IMG/VR virus record: IMGVR_UViG_3300029288_007054 | Location: 26,446-90,445 of that record | Direction: 5' to 3' (one strand) | Origin: a virus | Lineage: Duplodnaviria; Caudoviricetes | DNA: 64,000 nucleotides | Part shown: piece by piece, positions 1-9,344 of the stretch | Layout: each line of letters begins with the position of its first letter | Position numbering within the stretch: the stretch's first letter is position 1 | Translations under genes and position numbers: made by a program | The notes under the pieces: model-generated | Told to the model about the DNA's origin: nothing | The model's database searches: none | Seen by the model: the letters and a program-made list of their open reading frames with translations, nothing else

Positions 1-279
1 ATCGCCACACCAATCTTGACTGGTCCATACGCCTATTTCTGGTTTAATGTCTTTCATAGGATCGCCCCAACAAGCAGACCAATAGTTTTTAAGTTCACTA
101 TCACTAGCAAATCTATGACCAGCCTGCTGAAGTAATCGAACTGCATGCGCCCTAGAATTTGCACAAACATAGGCGTGATCGCAATACTCTTTACCAGTAG
201 GGTCTGGAGTATAATTACCATCCTTATCGTATCTCCTGCCACCCCATCCTTTTCCATTCCATATCTTAAGCTGTTTCAT
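1..279 (-). CDS. hypothetical phage protein, 3'-truncated by window edge (MKQLKIWNGKGWGG...)
   Basis: Manual translation: open from ATG at 277-279 to position 1, with ATGA overlap with the upstream gene's stop. Replaces the listed 54..257 ORF. Confidence 0.7.
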   Translation of the reverse strand, partial: MKQLKIWNGKGWGGRRYDKDGNYTPDPTGKEYCDHAYVCANSRAHAVRLLQQAGHRFASDSELKNYWSACWGDPMKDIKPEIGVWTSQDWCGD

Positions 280-458
280 CTTTCTATAACCTCTTCGCTT
301 GAGTTACAAAAACACGCATGGACACTCCCGTCTATATCCCTGTAAATGACCTTTCTTGCTAAAACAAGTCTTCCCCAGCTCCATGTTATCGCTACTCCCT
401 TTTCTGCCGTACATGGGCAAAAAGAATACCAAATTTTACTTTTAGTTTTTGTAATCAT
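276..458 (-). CDS. small hypothetical protein
   Basis: ORF track; start moved to the ATG 6 nt after TGTATAAT. Confidence 0.55.
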   Translation of the reverse strand: MITKTKSKIWYSFCPCTAEKGVAITWSWGRLVLARKVIYRDIDGSVHACFCNSSEEVIER

Positions 459-472
459 GCAAGCATTATACA

Positions 473-877
473 CTATTGATTCTTCTTTGCAAGCTTTATT
501 TTAATAGAAGTTTCTTTCCAATTGGGAGGCACCATCATGTAATCAGCCAAATATACATCTGATTTGCTATGTTTTTTAGACCTAAGTGGAATATTAACTA
601 ATACCTTAATGATGCGCAAATCTCTTTTCTTTGTAAAACGACCCACATATTCTTTCATTTTTCCAAGGTCTAAAAGAACGTTGAAACCGGACAGATATTC
701 CTTTTGGCTAGACCCATCTGTAACCATTTTATGTTCTGCCTTAACCCAAGTTTTAATAGGTATCTTTCGTGAACGTTTTCCGTTATATGGTATTGCATGG
801 AAAAGAGTATATACTTCATCTCCCCTGCATTCGACTATTCGATAGGCGTGTAGCATCATCAAGGGTTGTTCGCTCAT
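473..877 (-). CDS. hypothetical phage protein
   Basis: 134-aa ORF in a tightly coupled run. Confidence 0.7.
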   Translation of the reverse strand: MSEQPLMMLHAYRIVECRGDEVYTLFHAIPYNGKRSRKIPIKTWVKAEHKMVTDGSSQKEYLSGFNVLLDLGKMKEYVGRFTKKRDLRIIKVLVNIPLRSKKHSKSDVYLADYMMVPPNWKETSIKIKLAKKNQ

Positions 878-1074
878 TATATTATAACCTTTTTTAGTTC
901 CTCATTTTTAAACCAACCACAAACTGTCCCTAAATAAGGCATGTTAAAATTGGAAACATGATACCCTTTTTCTGGATCGATTGCTCTTATAATACCATGC
1001 TTATTGAATTTATCGTTCTTATAGGGAAGAATAATAACTGCATCAAATAATTTAAAGATTGTCCTTTTCTTCAT
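877..1074 (-). CDS. small hypothetical protein
   Basis: 65-aa ORF with coupled overlaps. Confidence 0.55.
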   Translation of the reverse strand: MKKRTIFKLFDAVIILPYKNDKFNKHGIIRAIDPEKGYHVSNFNMPYLGTVCGWFKNEELKKVII

Positions 1075-1172
1075 GGCTTATTCCCTTTGTTTATTTCAAC
1101 TTCCAAATTCCTTATTACCTTTTTACGCAATTCTTCTGCCCATTCTTCCATATCAAAACTATAATCGCTCAT
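1071..1172 (-). CDS. 33-aa hypothetical protein (MSDYSFDMEEW...)
   Basis: Manual translation; ATGA overlaps at both ends fill the gap. Confidence 0.45.
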   Translation of the reverse strand: MSDYSFDMEEWAEELRKKVIRNLEVEINKGNKP

Positions 1173-1345
1173 CTATCCTCCCTATCGTATGTTACATCAT
1201 CCCAACTATCATGTTGTATTCTATTTATTATACTATTTTTCGAAGCGATAATGTCATTCAGTTTTATAATATGAGCCTTAAGTTTTTCATTCTCTTCCTT
1301 AAGTTTTTCTATGGCATCGCTCCAACTGTCTTCACTTTCACTCAT
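1169..1345 (-). CDS. 58-aa coiled-coil hypothetical protein (MSESEDSW...)
   Basis: Manual translation; ATGA overlaps at both ends. Confidence 0.5.
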   Translation of the reverse strand: MSESEDSWSDAIEKLKEENEKLKAHIIKLNDIIASKNSIINRIQHDSWDDVTYDREDR

Positions 1346-1701
1346 TTTTTCTTTCTTAGATATTTATGTACTGCATCCAAATCATAAGGTGAAGGAGGGG
1401 CAGAACAAAATTTTAAATCTGATGGTCGTTCGGCTATAACTCTTTTTACTGCGTCTCTTAGCTGCTTATTAGTAAATTGTCTTGGGCCACCAACAATTTG
1501 AATGTCTTCTCCTTTTTTAACAAGGGCGCTGAATTTTATAACTCTATTAATTTCATTAAGAACCTTTTCCTCAAGAGCTTGCAATTTCAACGCTAGTGAA
1601 TAAAATTTATAATTTCTGCCCATCTCATCAAGGCTATTTATAACATCCCAAAACTTTTCAGATTGCTTTCCAGAATAAAAAGGGATCAGCTTCTTTTTCA
1701 T
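1342..1701 (-). CDS. hypothetical protein
   Basis: 119-aa ORF, coupled. Confidence 0.6.
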   Translation of the reverse strand: MKKKLIPFYSGKQSEKFWDVINSLDEMGRNYKFYSLALKLQALEEKVLNEINRVIKFSALVKKGEDIQIVGGPRQFTNKQLRDAVKRVIAERPSDLKFCSAPPSPYDLDAVHKYLRKKK

Positions 1702-1940
1702 GATATGAACTCCAATGCCTTTAGAACAGCTTCTCTAAGCGATGGAGCCATGAATTCATTTGACCCCTTATCTGAAAGTATAGAGCAAGACCACTTATCG
1801 CCGGGATCAGATGAAACAGATGAAAATTGATTGGAAACAGCAATTGAAATTCCATGATATTCTAATAGCCCTCCGATTATTTCCAAATCAATTTGTCGAG
1901 CAGATGTAGCTTTTTCTAAAATGTGTTTTATAGGCATCAT
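1698..1940 (-). CDS. hypothetical protein
   Basis: 80-aa ORF, coupled. Confidence 0.6.
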   Translation of the reverse strand: MMPIKHILEKATSARQIDLEIIGGLLEYHGISIAVSNQFSSVSSDPGDKWSCSILSDKGSNEFMAPSLREAVLKALEFIS

Positions 1941-2018
1941 GCGAGTACTATTTGTTTAGAATTTTTAGATTTCATACAATAATTATAGCAAATAAGATAT
2001 TAAAATCAAGAATTATTT

Positions 2019-2213
2019 TTAGAGGCTAAACCAGCCTTTCTTCTTTTCGGGGGGCTTATTATCGGGAAGCAATCGTCTCCACTGTGTACTTTTAGAGTCC
2101 GGTATTTTATCTCCAATCATGAAATTAGGCACTTCTTTCCATGCTCCTGCAGCAGTCGAATATTCATCTCCCTGTCGCAATTTATCTCCTGCTTTGAGAT
2201 TTTCATATAGCAT
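2019..2213 (-). CDS. small hypothetical protein
   Basis: 64-aa ORF downstream of ligA. Confidence 0.6.
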   Translation of the reverse strand: MLYENLKAGDKLRQGDEYSTAAGAWKEVPNFMIGDKIPDSKSTQWRRLLPDNKPPEKKKGWFSL

Positions 2214-2229
2214 TTTATGACCGCATTCC

Positions 2230-4167
2230 CTATTTCAGCATGTCAAGGAATTCCTTTTCTGTTATTATCTTTATTCCTAATTTTCCAGCTTTTTCCTTCT
2301 TAGACCCACTATCTTCACCACAGATAAGATAATCCAGCTTCGAACCAACCGACCCAGAAATCTTGCCACCGTTGGACTCAATCATCTTCTGAATATCATT
2401 CCTAGGTTGACTAAGTGTGCCTGTAATACAAAAGCTTTTACCATTAAGGCTATTGCTATCAAGCTTAAGTTGGGCTATTTTTACATATTTAAGAAGCTCT
2501 TCAATTTCTTTCCTTTGTTCATTCCAACCCTCAAGGAAAGACATGGTTTTTGTATTAGCAAACCCCGGAATTTTCAAAATATCTTTAGGAGTAAGATTAT
2601 CAACGTCTTTAACGGTAGGAGCAATCGCCGTAATATCTTTAGCCATTGTTCCAATTTTACCAATTCCAAGTGCCTCAATAAATTTTGCAAGGGTTATTTC
2701 TCTAACTGAATCAATAGATTCATATATCTTCTCTGAAGCCCTATCTCCAAACATATCTGCTAGTTTTTGTTTTAAACCAGACAATTTATACATATCAGAA
2801 ATTGACTTGACCATATTTGATGAAGTGAGCTCTGAAATAATTCCGGGACCAATACCTTTAACGTCCAACTTTTTAAACCAGTTTTCTATAGTTCCGTCAA
2901 TCTGTGCAGAGCAAAATTCGTTATCACAGATTCTGCTAATTTTAGTTTCATCCCATTCCATCTGCTTACCACAACAAGGACATTTATCAGGATACTTAAT
3001 TAATGCGCCCGTACCGTCCTTAACCATTGAGATAACCTTAGGAATTATATCTCCAGCCTTTGCAACTATGACTTCGGCACCCAAACGAGTAATACCTAGT
3101 CTCTCAATTTCCCTGTAGTTATGAAGACTAACCCTCTTAACAGTCGTCCCTGCCAGTTGAATTGCTTTTAGTAAACCAACGGGCGTAGCGACCCCTGTCC
3201 TTCCCATACTGTCTTCAATACCTTCCAATATGGTTTTACCTTTTTCCGTTTCAAACTTAACTGCCCTATGTGCCTTAGGCCTCTTACCGCCATCTGATGT
3301 TCCCATTGATTCAGCCCATTCGACATCATTAAGCTTAAAAACAATTCCATCAACATCAAAAGGAAGTTTCCCCCTGTCAAACATACCCATATATTTTTTA
3401 ATAGCCCTAACAACGTCTTCGGTACTTCGACCCTTGCAATTAATTTTCTTAGTATATTCTTTCAACGTCTCAAACTTATTGTCAACAAGATACTTTTGTT
3501 TATCTTCTTCTGTCTTAAAGTCTATGCCTCTGACTTCATAAGCGATAAAATTAAGGCCTCTCTCTTTTGTAACAAGGGGATCTTTTTGATTAATGGCACC
3601 AGCTGTAAAATTTCTAGGGTTCTTAGGTTTCTTGCCGTTGATAAGTCTGTTTGCCCAATTCTTATAAAAATCTTGCCTATTCTTGTAAACCTCACCTTTA
3701 ACTTCTACGTAGCCCTTGGAATCTACCCTATGTTTAACACCGTCAATATGCATGGCATTAGGGGTAAAATCAAAACCAGATTCTCCGTCGCCTCTTGTTA
3801 CTGCCTGTATCAATTTCCCATCTTGATACTTCAAACAAAAAGAACTTCCATCTACCTTAAGTTCCAAAACTGCGATCACTTTATCAATCTCTTTACTAAA
3901 TGTCCTGTCAAACCAAATCCCAAAATCATCTGGGTTAGGATCTTTATTGAGCGATCCCATAATATACTGATGTTTTACCTTGGTTCCGTAAATATGTTCT
4001 TCGTCTATTCCACCAACCTGAGCGAAAAAGGGGTTATCTGGGTCGAGCTTTTTAACCTCCGCATATTCTTCGTCATATTGATCGTCTGTAAGAGGAGAAT
4101 CACCTGAGGTTTCATATAATTTAGCACATTTTCTAAGTAACGCAATTCTTTCATCAATTGACTTCAT
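2230..4167 (-). CDS. ligA: NAD-dependent DNA ligase
   Basis: KxDG motif (ELKVDG), TRGDG, VKGEVY, Cys4 zinc finger, HhH region, C-terminal BRCT (FCITGTLS...GSKKEKA). Confidence 0.97.
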   Translation of the reverse strand: MKSIDERIALLRKCAKLYETSGDSPLTDDQYDEEYAEVKKLDPDNPFFAQVGGIDEEHIYGTKVKHQYIMGSLNKDPNPDDFGIWFDRTFSKEIDKVIAVLELKVDGSSFCLKYQDGKLIQAVTRGDGESGFDFTPNAMHIDGVKHRVDSKGYVEVKGEVYKNRQDFYKNWANRLINGKKPKNPRNFTAGAINQKDPLVTKERGLNFIAYEVRGIDFKTEEDKQKYLVDNKFETLKEYTKKINCKGRSTEDVVRAIKKYMGMFDRGKLPFDVDGIVFKLNDVEWAESMGTSDGGKRPKAHRAVKFETEKGKTILEGIEDSMGRTGVATPVGLLKAIQLAGTTVKRVSLHNYREIERLGITRLGAEVIVAKAGDIIPKVISMVKDGTGALIKYPDKCPCCGKQMEWDETKISRICDNEFCSAQIDGTIENWFKKLDVKGIGPGIISELTSSNMVKSISDMYKLSGLKQKLADMFGDRASEKIYESIDSVREITLAKFIEALGIGKIGTMAKDITAIAPTVKDVDNLTPKDILKIPGFANTKTMSFLEGWNEQRKEIEELLKYVKIAQLKLDSNSLNGKSFCITGTLSQPRNDIQKMIESNGGKISGSVGSKLDYLICGEDSGSKKEKAGKLGIKIITEKEFLDMLK

Positions 4168-4194
4168 ATCTTCCCCTTTCTTTATTATGCAACC

Positions 4195-4223
4195 ACTCTA
4201 TCATAACCGAATGATGAAGTCAA
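4195..4223 (-). promoter_or_regulatory. sigma70-type promoter for ligA
   Basis: TTGACT-N17-TAGAGT, followed by GGGGA SD before the ATG. Confidence 0.6.
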
Positions 4224-4226
4224 GCG

Positions 4227-4592
4227 CTATTTTAAAGATTTTTCAACAGAATATTTGATGAAATTCTCTATATCTTCTTCGGTCAGGTCTTTCAAAGGAA
4301 CAGACATTTTCTTGGCTATGGCTGCTTTGGTTTTCTCATTTGGACAGAATTTCCATCCTAATCCATTCTCATTTGTAGTCGTTTCAATTTCTGGATTCCA
4401 TTCTTGGGACTCCATTAACGTAAATGGAGTCTGCGAAAATGAACAATGGCAGAACCCCTCCTCCAGTATATCTTTTCTAGCTATTTCGTCCTTAGCCTGT
4501 TTCATTGCCTTAACTTTATTTCTAGCCTCATTTAATATCCCAACCGTGATAACACTTTGAAAATATGAGACATAACGTTTGTTTTTATTCAT
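4227..4592 (-). CDS. hypothetical protein
   Basis: ORF track; likely start MNKNKRY. Confidence 0.6.
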   Translation of the reverse strand: MNKNKRYVSYFQSVITVGILNEARNKVKAMKQAKDEIARKDILEEGFCHCSFSQTPFTLMESQEWNPEIETTTNENGLGWKFCPNEKTKAAIAKKMSVPLKDLTEEDIENFIKYSVEKSLK

Positions 4593-4671
4593 TTGTAACC
4601 CTTTCTTAGTGACCCTATTACATCTAAGCTTAACATGGATATATGATAGGCTATTCCATTCTAAAAACAAG

Positions 4672-6366
4672 TTATTTTTTTAGAACAATCTCGATTACAT
4701 TAATGGCTGGATAAATAAACGACTGTGGAAACGAGAAGTAAATATCTGCCTTCTGTCCTGATATCTCTGTTCCCAAATCATCTGAAAACATCTTAAACTT
4801 GACATCTGTTCTGACACCATTTTTAGATACATAAAAAGATAATATTTTCCAATCGTCTCTTTCAAAAAGACTAGGCTCAACAATTGTAGCGTCAGAAAGA
4901 AGAAACACTGGCTCCGGGTTATGCTGATTGCAATAGGGATAAAGACTGTTTTTTAGCTTTTCTGCATTTACAAGCGTAACGGATTGAGGTTTTAATTCTA
5001 CATCATAATATTTAATTTCCTCAGGTCTTCCATGAATTTTATAGTAGCTTTCACACGCCTTATTCAGTGCGTCGTTTACGTTATTCAGTGCATGGGGCTT
5101 AATAGTAACACCAGCAGCCAATGCATGGCCACCATAATTTTCAAATACATGTTTACAGCTATCGAGAATTTCTTTTAGGTTGACGTTTTCCAATGACCTT
5201 CCGCTTCCTTTAATGACCTCTCCATTTTTTCCCATTACGATTGCTGGTCTGCAAAATTTTTCTACTAGCCTCGAAGCAACCAGCCCAACTAACCCTATAG
5301 GCCATTCTGGGTTATATATTGCTATAGCATTAGGAAATTTATCTATATTGGCTTCTACTTCTAGCATTGCCTCTTTCTCATATTTTCGCTGTTTCTTTTT
5401 CCTCTCGCTATTATGCTCATTTAAATTCTGAGCCATTAGATCAGATATTTCTGGACTTTGTTCTATCAACAGCTTATAGGCCATATCTGGTTTAGAGAGA
5501 CGACCAACAGCATTTATTCTTGGAGCTATCTTAAATAGAACATCTTCCTGACTTAATGAAGAGTCTCTTATACCCGAATTTCTAATCAAAGCATTAAGCC
5601 CCGATGCGACCACATTATTGAGGCATCCATTCTCTAATCCGTTTTTTACAATAATTCTATTATCTCCAATAATGGGGCTTACATCTGCCAATATTCCAAT
5701 AGCAGCATAACTCAGAAATTCAATTGGATTCACTTTTTTTGTTAGCCATCTAATACCACGAATAAAATGAAAGACTTCTCCACAGGCACATGTATCTTGA
5801 AAATCGCACAAATGCCAGTTGATAAGAACATCTGCAGATTTAGAAATCTTTTCTTTATCTACAATGTGGTGATCTATTATAATAACTTTCTTGATCCCCC
5901 ACTCTTTCAATTCTTTAATCTCTGATTCGTTATTAGATCCGCAATCCGTTATTATAAGCAAGTCGGGAGGTTCTGTAAACATTTTTTTAAAAGATATTAG
6001 TGCCTTATGATTTAAACCATAACCATGTTCTATACGAGAAGGAAGAAACGCTTTACATTCTAGTTGAAAAATATTACAGAGCTGTTTTATCATGGTGGCA
6101 GAGACTATCCCATCTGCGTCAAAATCCCCCATAATAGCGACCTTCTCTTTTTTAAGGGCCGATTGACAAAACATAAGAGCAGCTGCTTCTACACCCTTAA
6201 GATTATATGGATGGGATAAATCGTTATAATTAGAATGTATGAACTTTGATGCGTTCTCTAGTTTAATATTCCTTTGGGAAAGCAAACGTGCCAAAATCGG
6301 TGAATGCCCTTGTTTCAACAATTCTGCTTCTTTGGCTTTGTCATTTAATCTTCTTTTCCACTTCAT
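4672..6366 (-). CDS. recJ: single-stranded DNA exonuclease RecJ (DHH family)
   Basis: GDFDADG, ITDCG, IIDHH and GGHALAAG motifs; start set at MKWKRR. Confidence 0.95.
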   Translation of the reverse strand: MKWKRRLNDKAKEAELLKQGHSPILARLLSQRNIKLENASKFIHSNYNDLSHPYNLKGVEAAALMFCQSALKKEKVAIMGDFDADGIVSATMIKQLCNIFQLECKAFLPSRIEHGYGLNHKALISFKKMFTEPPDLLIITDCGSNNESEIKELKEWGIKKVIIIDHHIVDKEKISKSADVLINWHLCDFQDTCACGEVFHFIRGIRWLTKKVNPIEFLSYAAIGILADVSPIIGDNRIIVKNGLENGCLNNVVASGLNALIRNSGIRDSSLSQEDVLFKIAPRINAVGRLSKPDMAYKLLIEQSPEISDLMAQNLNEHNSERKKKQRKYEKEAMLEVEANIDKFPNAIAIYNPEWPIGLVGLVASRLVEKFCRPAIVMGKNGEVIKGSGRSLENVNLKEILDSCKHVFENYGGHALAAGVTIKPHALNNVNDALNKACESYYKIHGRPEEIKYYDVELKPQSVTLVNAEKLKNSLYPYCNQHNPEPVFLLSDATIVEPSLFERDDWKILSFYVSKNGVRTDVKFKMFSDDLGTEISGQKADIYFSFPQSFIYPAINVIEIVLKK

Positions 6367-6454
6367 ACCCCATATTATACAAAAAAGTATATTATCTATA
6401 ACAACTTTATAAAGAAAAAGATGTAGGTTTTTCAAGCATTTTTGTTGAAATATT

Positions 6455-6763
6455 ATGAATATGAAATACCCAGTAAAGAAAAAGATCAGAAAAGAAATGA
6501 ACAGATCTGGCGTTCAAATATGCCCCATTTGCTTAGAAAATCAGATATTAGTTGAACATCATATAAACGGAAGAGATATTCCAAATGCAAACCACCCTTC
6601 TAATGTAGCCTATATCTGTTGCAATTGTCATAACAAAATTCATCATGGCATTATCATTATTGAAGGATGGTTTACGACCACAAAAGGTAAAGAATTGTTA
6701 TGGCATTATGTTGAAGAATCATCTTTCAGTGGACAAAATGCTCAACCCCATATAATAGGATAA
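6455..6763 (+). CDS. small HNH endonuclease
   Basis: CPIC...EHHING...SNVAYICCNCHNKIH. Confidence 0.8.
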   Translation: MNMKYPVKKKIRKEMNRSGVQICPICLENQILVEHHINGRDIPNANHPSNVAYICCNCHNKIHHGIIIIEGWFTTTKGKELLWHYVEESSFSGQNAQPHIIG

Positions 6764-6767
6764 AGCT

Positions 6768-8624
6768 ATGGCTATCATTCCAGTAGTAAATGCATGTGCT
6801 ACATCACGAGCCAGTGGCCTGTCTTTAGACTTAAGCGAACTTTACCAATTTGCACCTTTTAATAGTTTTGACCCCTCGAAAGATTTATTTGGTCCACAAG
6901 AAAACAATCAGTGGAAATCAAAATTTACACCAGTACTTCCAGAGCATCCCATCAGACTTAACGCAGATCTGGGTGCTGAATATGACATAGCTTATATACG
7001 CTATGTCAACTCTCATGATAGGGGAGGAGAAACAATCTGGGGTATTAATCATTTAAGAGTATATGGCGCAAAAGATACCTCAGAAGGATTAACGGCATAT
7101 AACGAGGTTAGGGCATCTTTCTACGCTGGTTTAACCTTGCTCACAAATGGAACTGTAACTTTAGATAAACACGTTGACCTTAAAGATAACGCCAATGCTG
7201 ATTTGTTAAACACCTTTATTACTCTGTCATTGCCGAATCATGGATTATATAGATACTATATTTTTGAGATAGATGATGCATTCTATAGTCCTCCAATGTG
7301 GATGGGCATAAGACGAATCGAACTGATAAATGAATCGTCATCATCTTCCTCGTCAAGCATTAGCTCTTCATCAAATAGCTCTTCGGAAAGCTCAAGTTCT
7401 TCAGAAAGTAGTTCTAGCTCAAAAAGCGATTCTAGCAAAAGTTCAAGTTCATCGGAAAGCTCAAGCAGCTCAAGCAATAGCTCCTCTGAATCTAGTTCTT
7501 CATCTGTATCCTCAAGCTCTAGTAGCTTCTCAAGCTCAAGTTCTTCCGAAAGCTCAAGTTCTTCTGAAAGCTCAAGCTCAGAAAGCGATAACCCAAGTTC
7601 AAGTTCTTCTGAAAGTTCAAGTTCTTCTAGCTCTTCTGAAAGTTCAAGTTCTTCTAGCACATTTATTAGAAGCTCTTCATCTTCCAGTTCTTCGTCTTCC
7701 AGTTCTTCAAGTACATTTATTAGAAGCTCTTCGTCTTCAAGTGGTTCTCCCGGCTTTACATTTACTATTGCTACAACATCAAGTCCTCAAACATTTACCT
7801 TACCGCTAATAAATACTGGTAGTTTTAACTGTACTGTAGACTGGGGTGATAATTCTACTTCTACAATTACGGCATGGGATGATGCCGCTAAAGTGCATTC
7901 ATATGCTAATGCTGGAACATATACAGTAATAATAAATGGTGCTTGCGGTGGATTTGCATTTAATAATGGTGGAGATAAAACATTAATAAATACCGTTATT
8001 TCTTGGGGAAGAAATTGTAACTTTAATACGTTAAATTTTTATGGATGTAGTAATTTGACTACTTTACCTAGTGGGGATGAAGAACAAGGTAGACTAAGTA
8101 CTGTAACAACATTCTTAAATTGTTTTTATAATTGTTTAAAATTAACCTCAATACCATCGGGCTTATTTAATGATAATACTACCGCAACTAATTTTGCTAA
8201 TTGTTTTGTGAATTGCTGGCCACTAACCTCAATACCGTCAGACTTATTTAATGATAATACTACTGCAACTAATTTCTCCTATTGTTTTTATTATTGTACT
8301 TCTTTAAAAGCAATACCTTCCGGTTTATTTGATAATAATATTAGCGTAACTAATTTTACTGGTTGTTTTGCTGAAATTGGCAATCCGCTGGTTTCTTTAG
8401 CTCCTGAATTATGGACAAGAACTGGACCTACCCCAACTGGAACAGATTGTTTTGCAAATGACACTAAATTGGCAAATTATGACTCTATACCAGAAAGTTG
8501 GGGTGGACCTTTGGTTAGCAGCTCAAGTTCTTCTAATAGTTCCTCAAGTAGTTCTGAAAGCTCAAGTAGCTCTAATAGTTCTAATAGTTCAAGTTCTTCA
8601 AGTAGTAGTTCGCATCCTATATAA
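6768..8624 (+). CDS. Ser-rich modular surface/virion protein with BspA/DUF285-like LRR domain
   Basis: Globular N-domain, ~140-aa poly-Ser linker, VDWGD PKD-like segment, 27-aa LTSIPSGLFNDNTTATNF..CF repeats, poly-Ser tail. Confidence 0.75.
   Translation: MAIIPVVNACATSRASGLSLDLSELYQFAPFNSFDPSKDLFGPQENNQWKSKFTPVLPEHPIRLNADLGAEYDIAYIRYVNSHDRGGETIWGINHLRVYGAKDTSEGLTAYNEVRASFYAGLTLLTNGTVTLDKHVDLKDNANADLLNTFITLSLPNHGLYRYYIFEIDDAFYSPPMWMGIRRIELINESSSSSSSSISSSSNSSSESSSSSESSSSSKSDSSKSSSSSESSSSSSNSSSESSSSSVSSSSSSFSSSSSSESSSSSESSSSESDNPSSSSSESSSSSSSSESSSSSSTFIRSSSSSSSSSSSSSSTFIRSSSSSSGSPGFTFTIATTSSPQTFTLPLINTGSFNCTVDWGDNSTSTITAWDDAAKVHSYANAGTYTVIINGACGGFAFNNGGDKTLINTVISWGRNCNFNTLNFYGCSNLTTLPSGDEEQGRLSTVTTFLNCFYNCLKLTSIPSGLFNDNTTATNFANCFVNCWPLTSIPSDLFNDNTTATNFSYCFYYCTSLKAIPSGLFDNNISVTNFTGCFAEIGNPLVSLAPELWTRTGPTPTGTDCFANDTKLANYDSIPESWGGPLVSSSSSSNSSSSSSESSSSSNSSNSSSSSSSSSHPI
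7370..7745 (+). repeat. low-complexity Ser-coding repeats
   Basis: Recurrent GAAAG(C/T)TCAAG units; ACATTTATTAGAAGCTCTTC at 7659-7678 and 7713-7732. Confidence 0.85.
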
Positions 8625-8639
8625 ATAAGGAGGTATATT

Positions 8640-9344
8640 ATGTGGTTTAGTAAATACAAAAAAACAGATTTTAGCGGGGGCGATTTGCATAAAGATCCAG
8701 AACCACTAATGGAAAGTAGGGCTTTCTATGCATCTCCTCAATTTGTAGCTCCTAGAAGAATGGACTCAAGGGATATGTGCTTACGATCCTCTAATCAAGG
8801 ACAAACACCTCACTGCGCTGGCTATTCAACAGCCGGATTTATTGAAGTTTTTAATTGGCGCACAAAACATTACCCTGAACAATGCGATGGCGATCTAATA
8901 TACACAGAAGCAAAAAAATTAGATGGTATGCCCCAAGTTAACGGAACAATATTAAGATGCGCAGGACAGGGCGCTATAAATGCGGGTTTGATTAAGGGTG
9001 TAGTAAAACAGGTGCCTAAAACAGAAATGGATATACAATTTGCAATACATACTTACGGTGTGTGCGTAGCTGGGTTTATGATCACCGACGAGTGGAATTT
9101 AGTGGAGAAAACTACGGGAAAAATTAGTAACTTTGGAGATAAAGCAAGGATAATTGGCGGACATGCTTTGCTTTTAGCAGGATATTCTGACGAAGGAATC
9201 TACATACAAAACTCTTGGGGAGAGGAATGGGGTATTTATGGTTTCGGCATACTCTCATGGGAACAGTTTAATAAGCAAATAATGGATGCAATGGTCATAG
9301 TCCCCGAAGTATGGACACCGGAAAATTCAGTTAGAGCTGCGTAA
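8640..9344 (+). CDS. papain-like (C1A) cysteine peptidase
   Basis: NQGQTPHCAGYS (Q, C), GGHALLLAGY (H), QNSWGEEWG (N). Confidence 0.9.
   Translation: MWFSKYKKTDFSGGDLHKDPEPLMESRAFYASPQFVAPRRMDSRDMCLRSSNQGQTPHCAGYSTAGFIEVFNWRTKHYPEQCDGDLIYTEAKKLDGMPQVNGTILRCAGQGAINAGLIKGVVKQVPKTEMDIQFAIHTYGVCVAGFMITDEWNLVEKTTGKISNFGDKARIIGGHALLLAGYSDEGIYIQNSWGEEWGIYGFGILSWEQFNKQIMDAMVIVPEVWTPENSVRAA

Noticed and set aside
54-257. 67-aa hydrophobic ORF in the track
   Set aside because: Another minus-strand frame (1..279) is longer, coupled by ATGA and has more natural composition.
2407-4107. Long antisense ORFs over ligA (e.g. 2417..3118, 3496..4107)
   Set aside because: Typical antisense shadows of a well-supported gene, with no motifs or RBS. 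The same applies to similar short + strand ORFs across the window.
7370-7745. Short repeats resembling a CRISPR array
   Set aside because: Irregular spacing, no unique spacers, and in frame within a Ser-rich CDS.
7283-8659. ORFs 7283..7660 (-), 7330..7809 (+) and 8477..8659 (-)
   Set aside because: Shadow frames of the poly-Ser coding repeats (Leu/Glu or Gln/Val/Leu runs).
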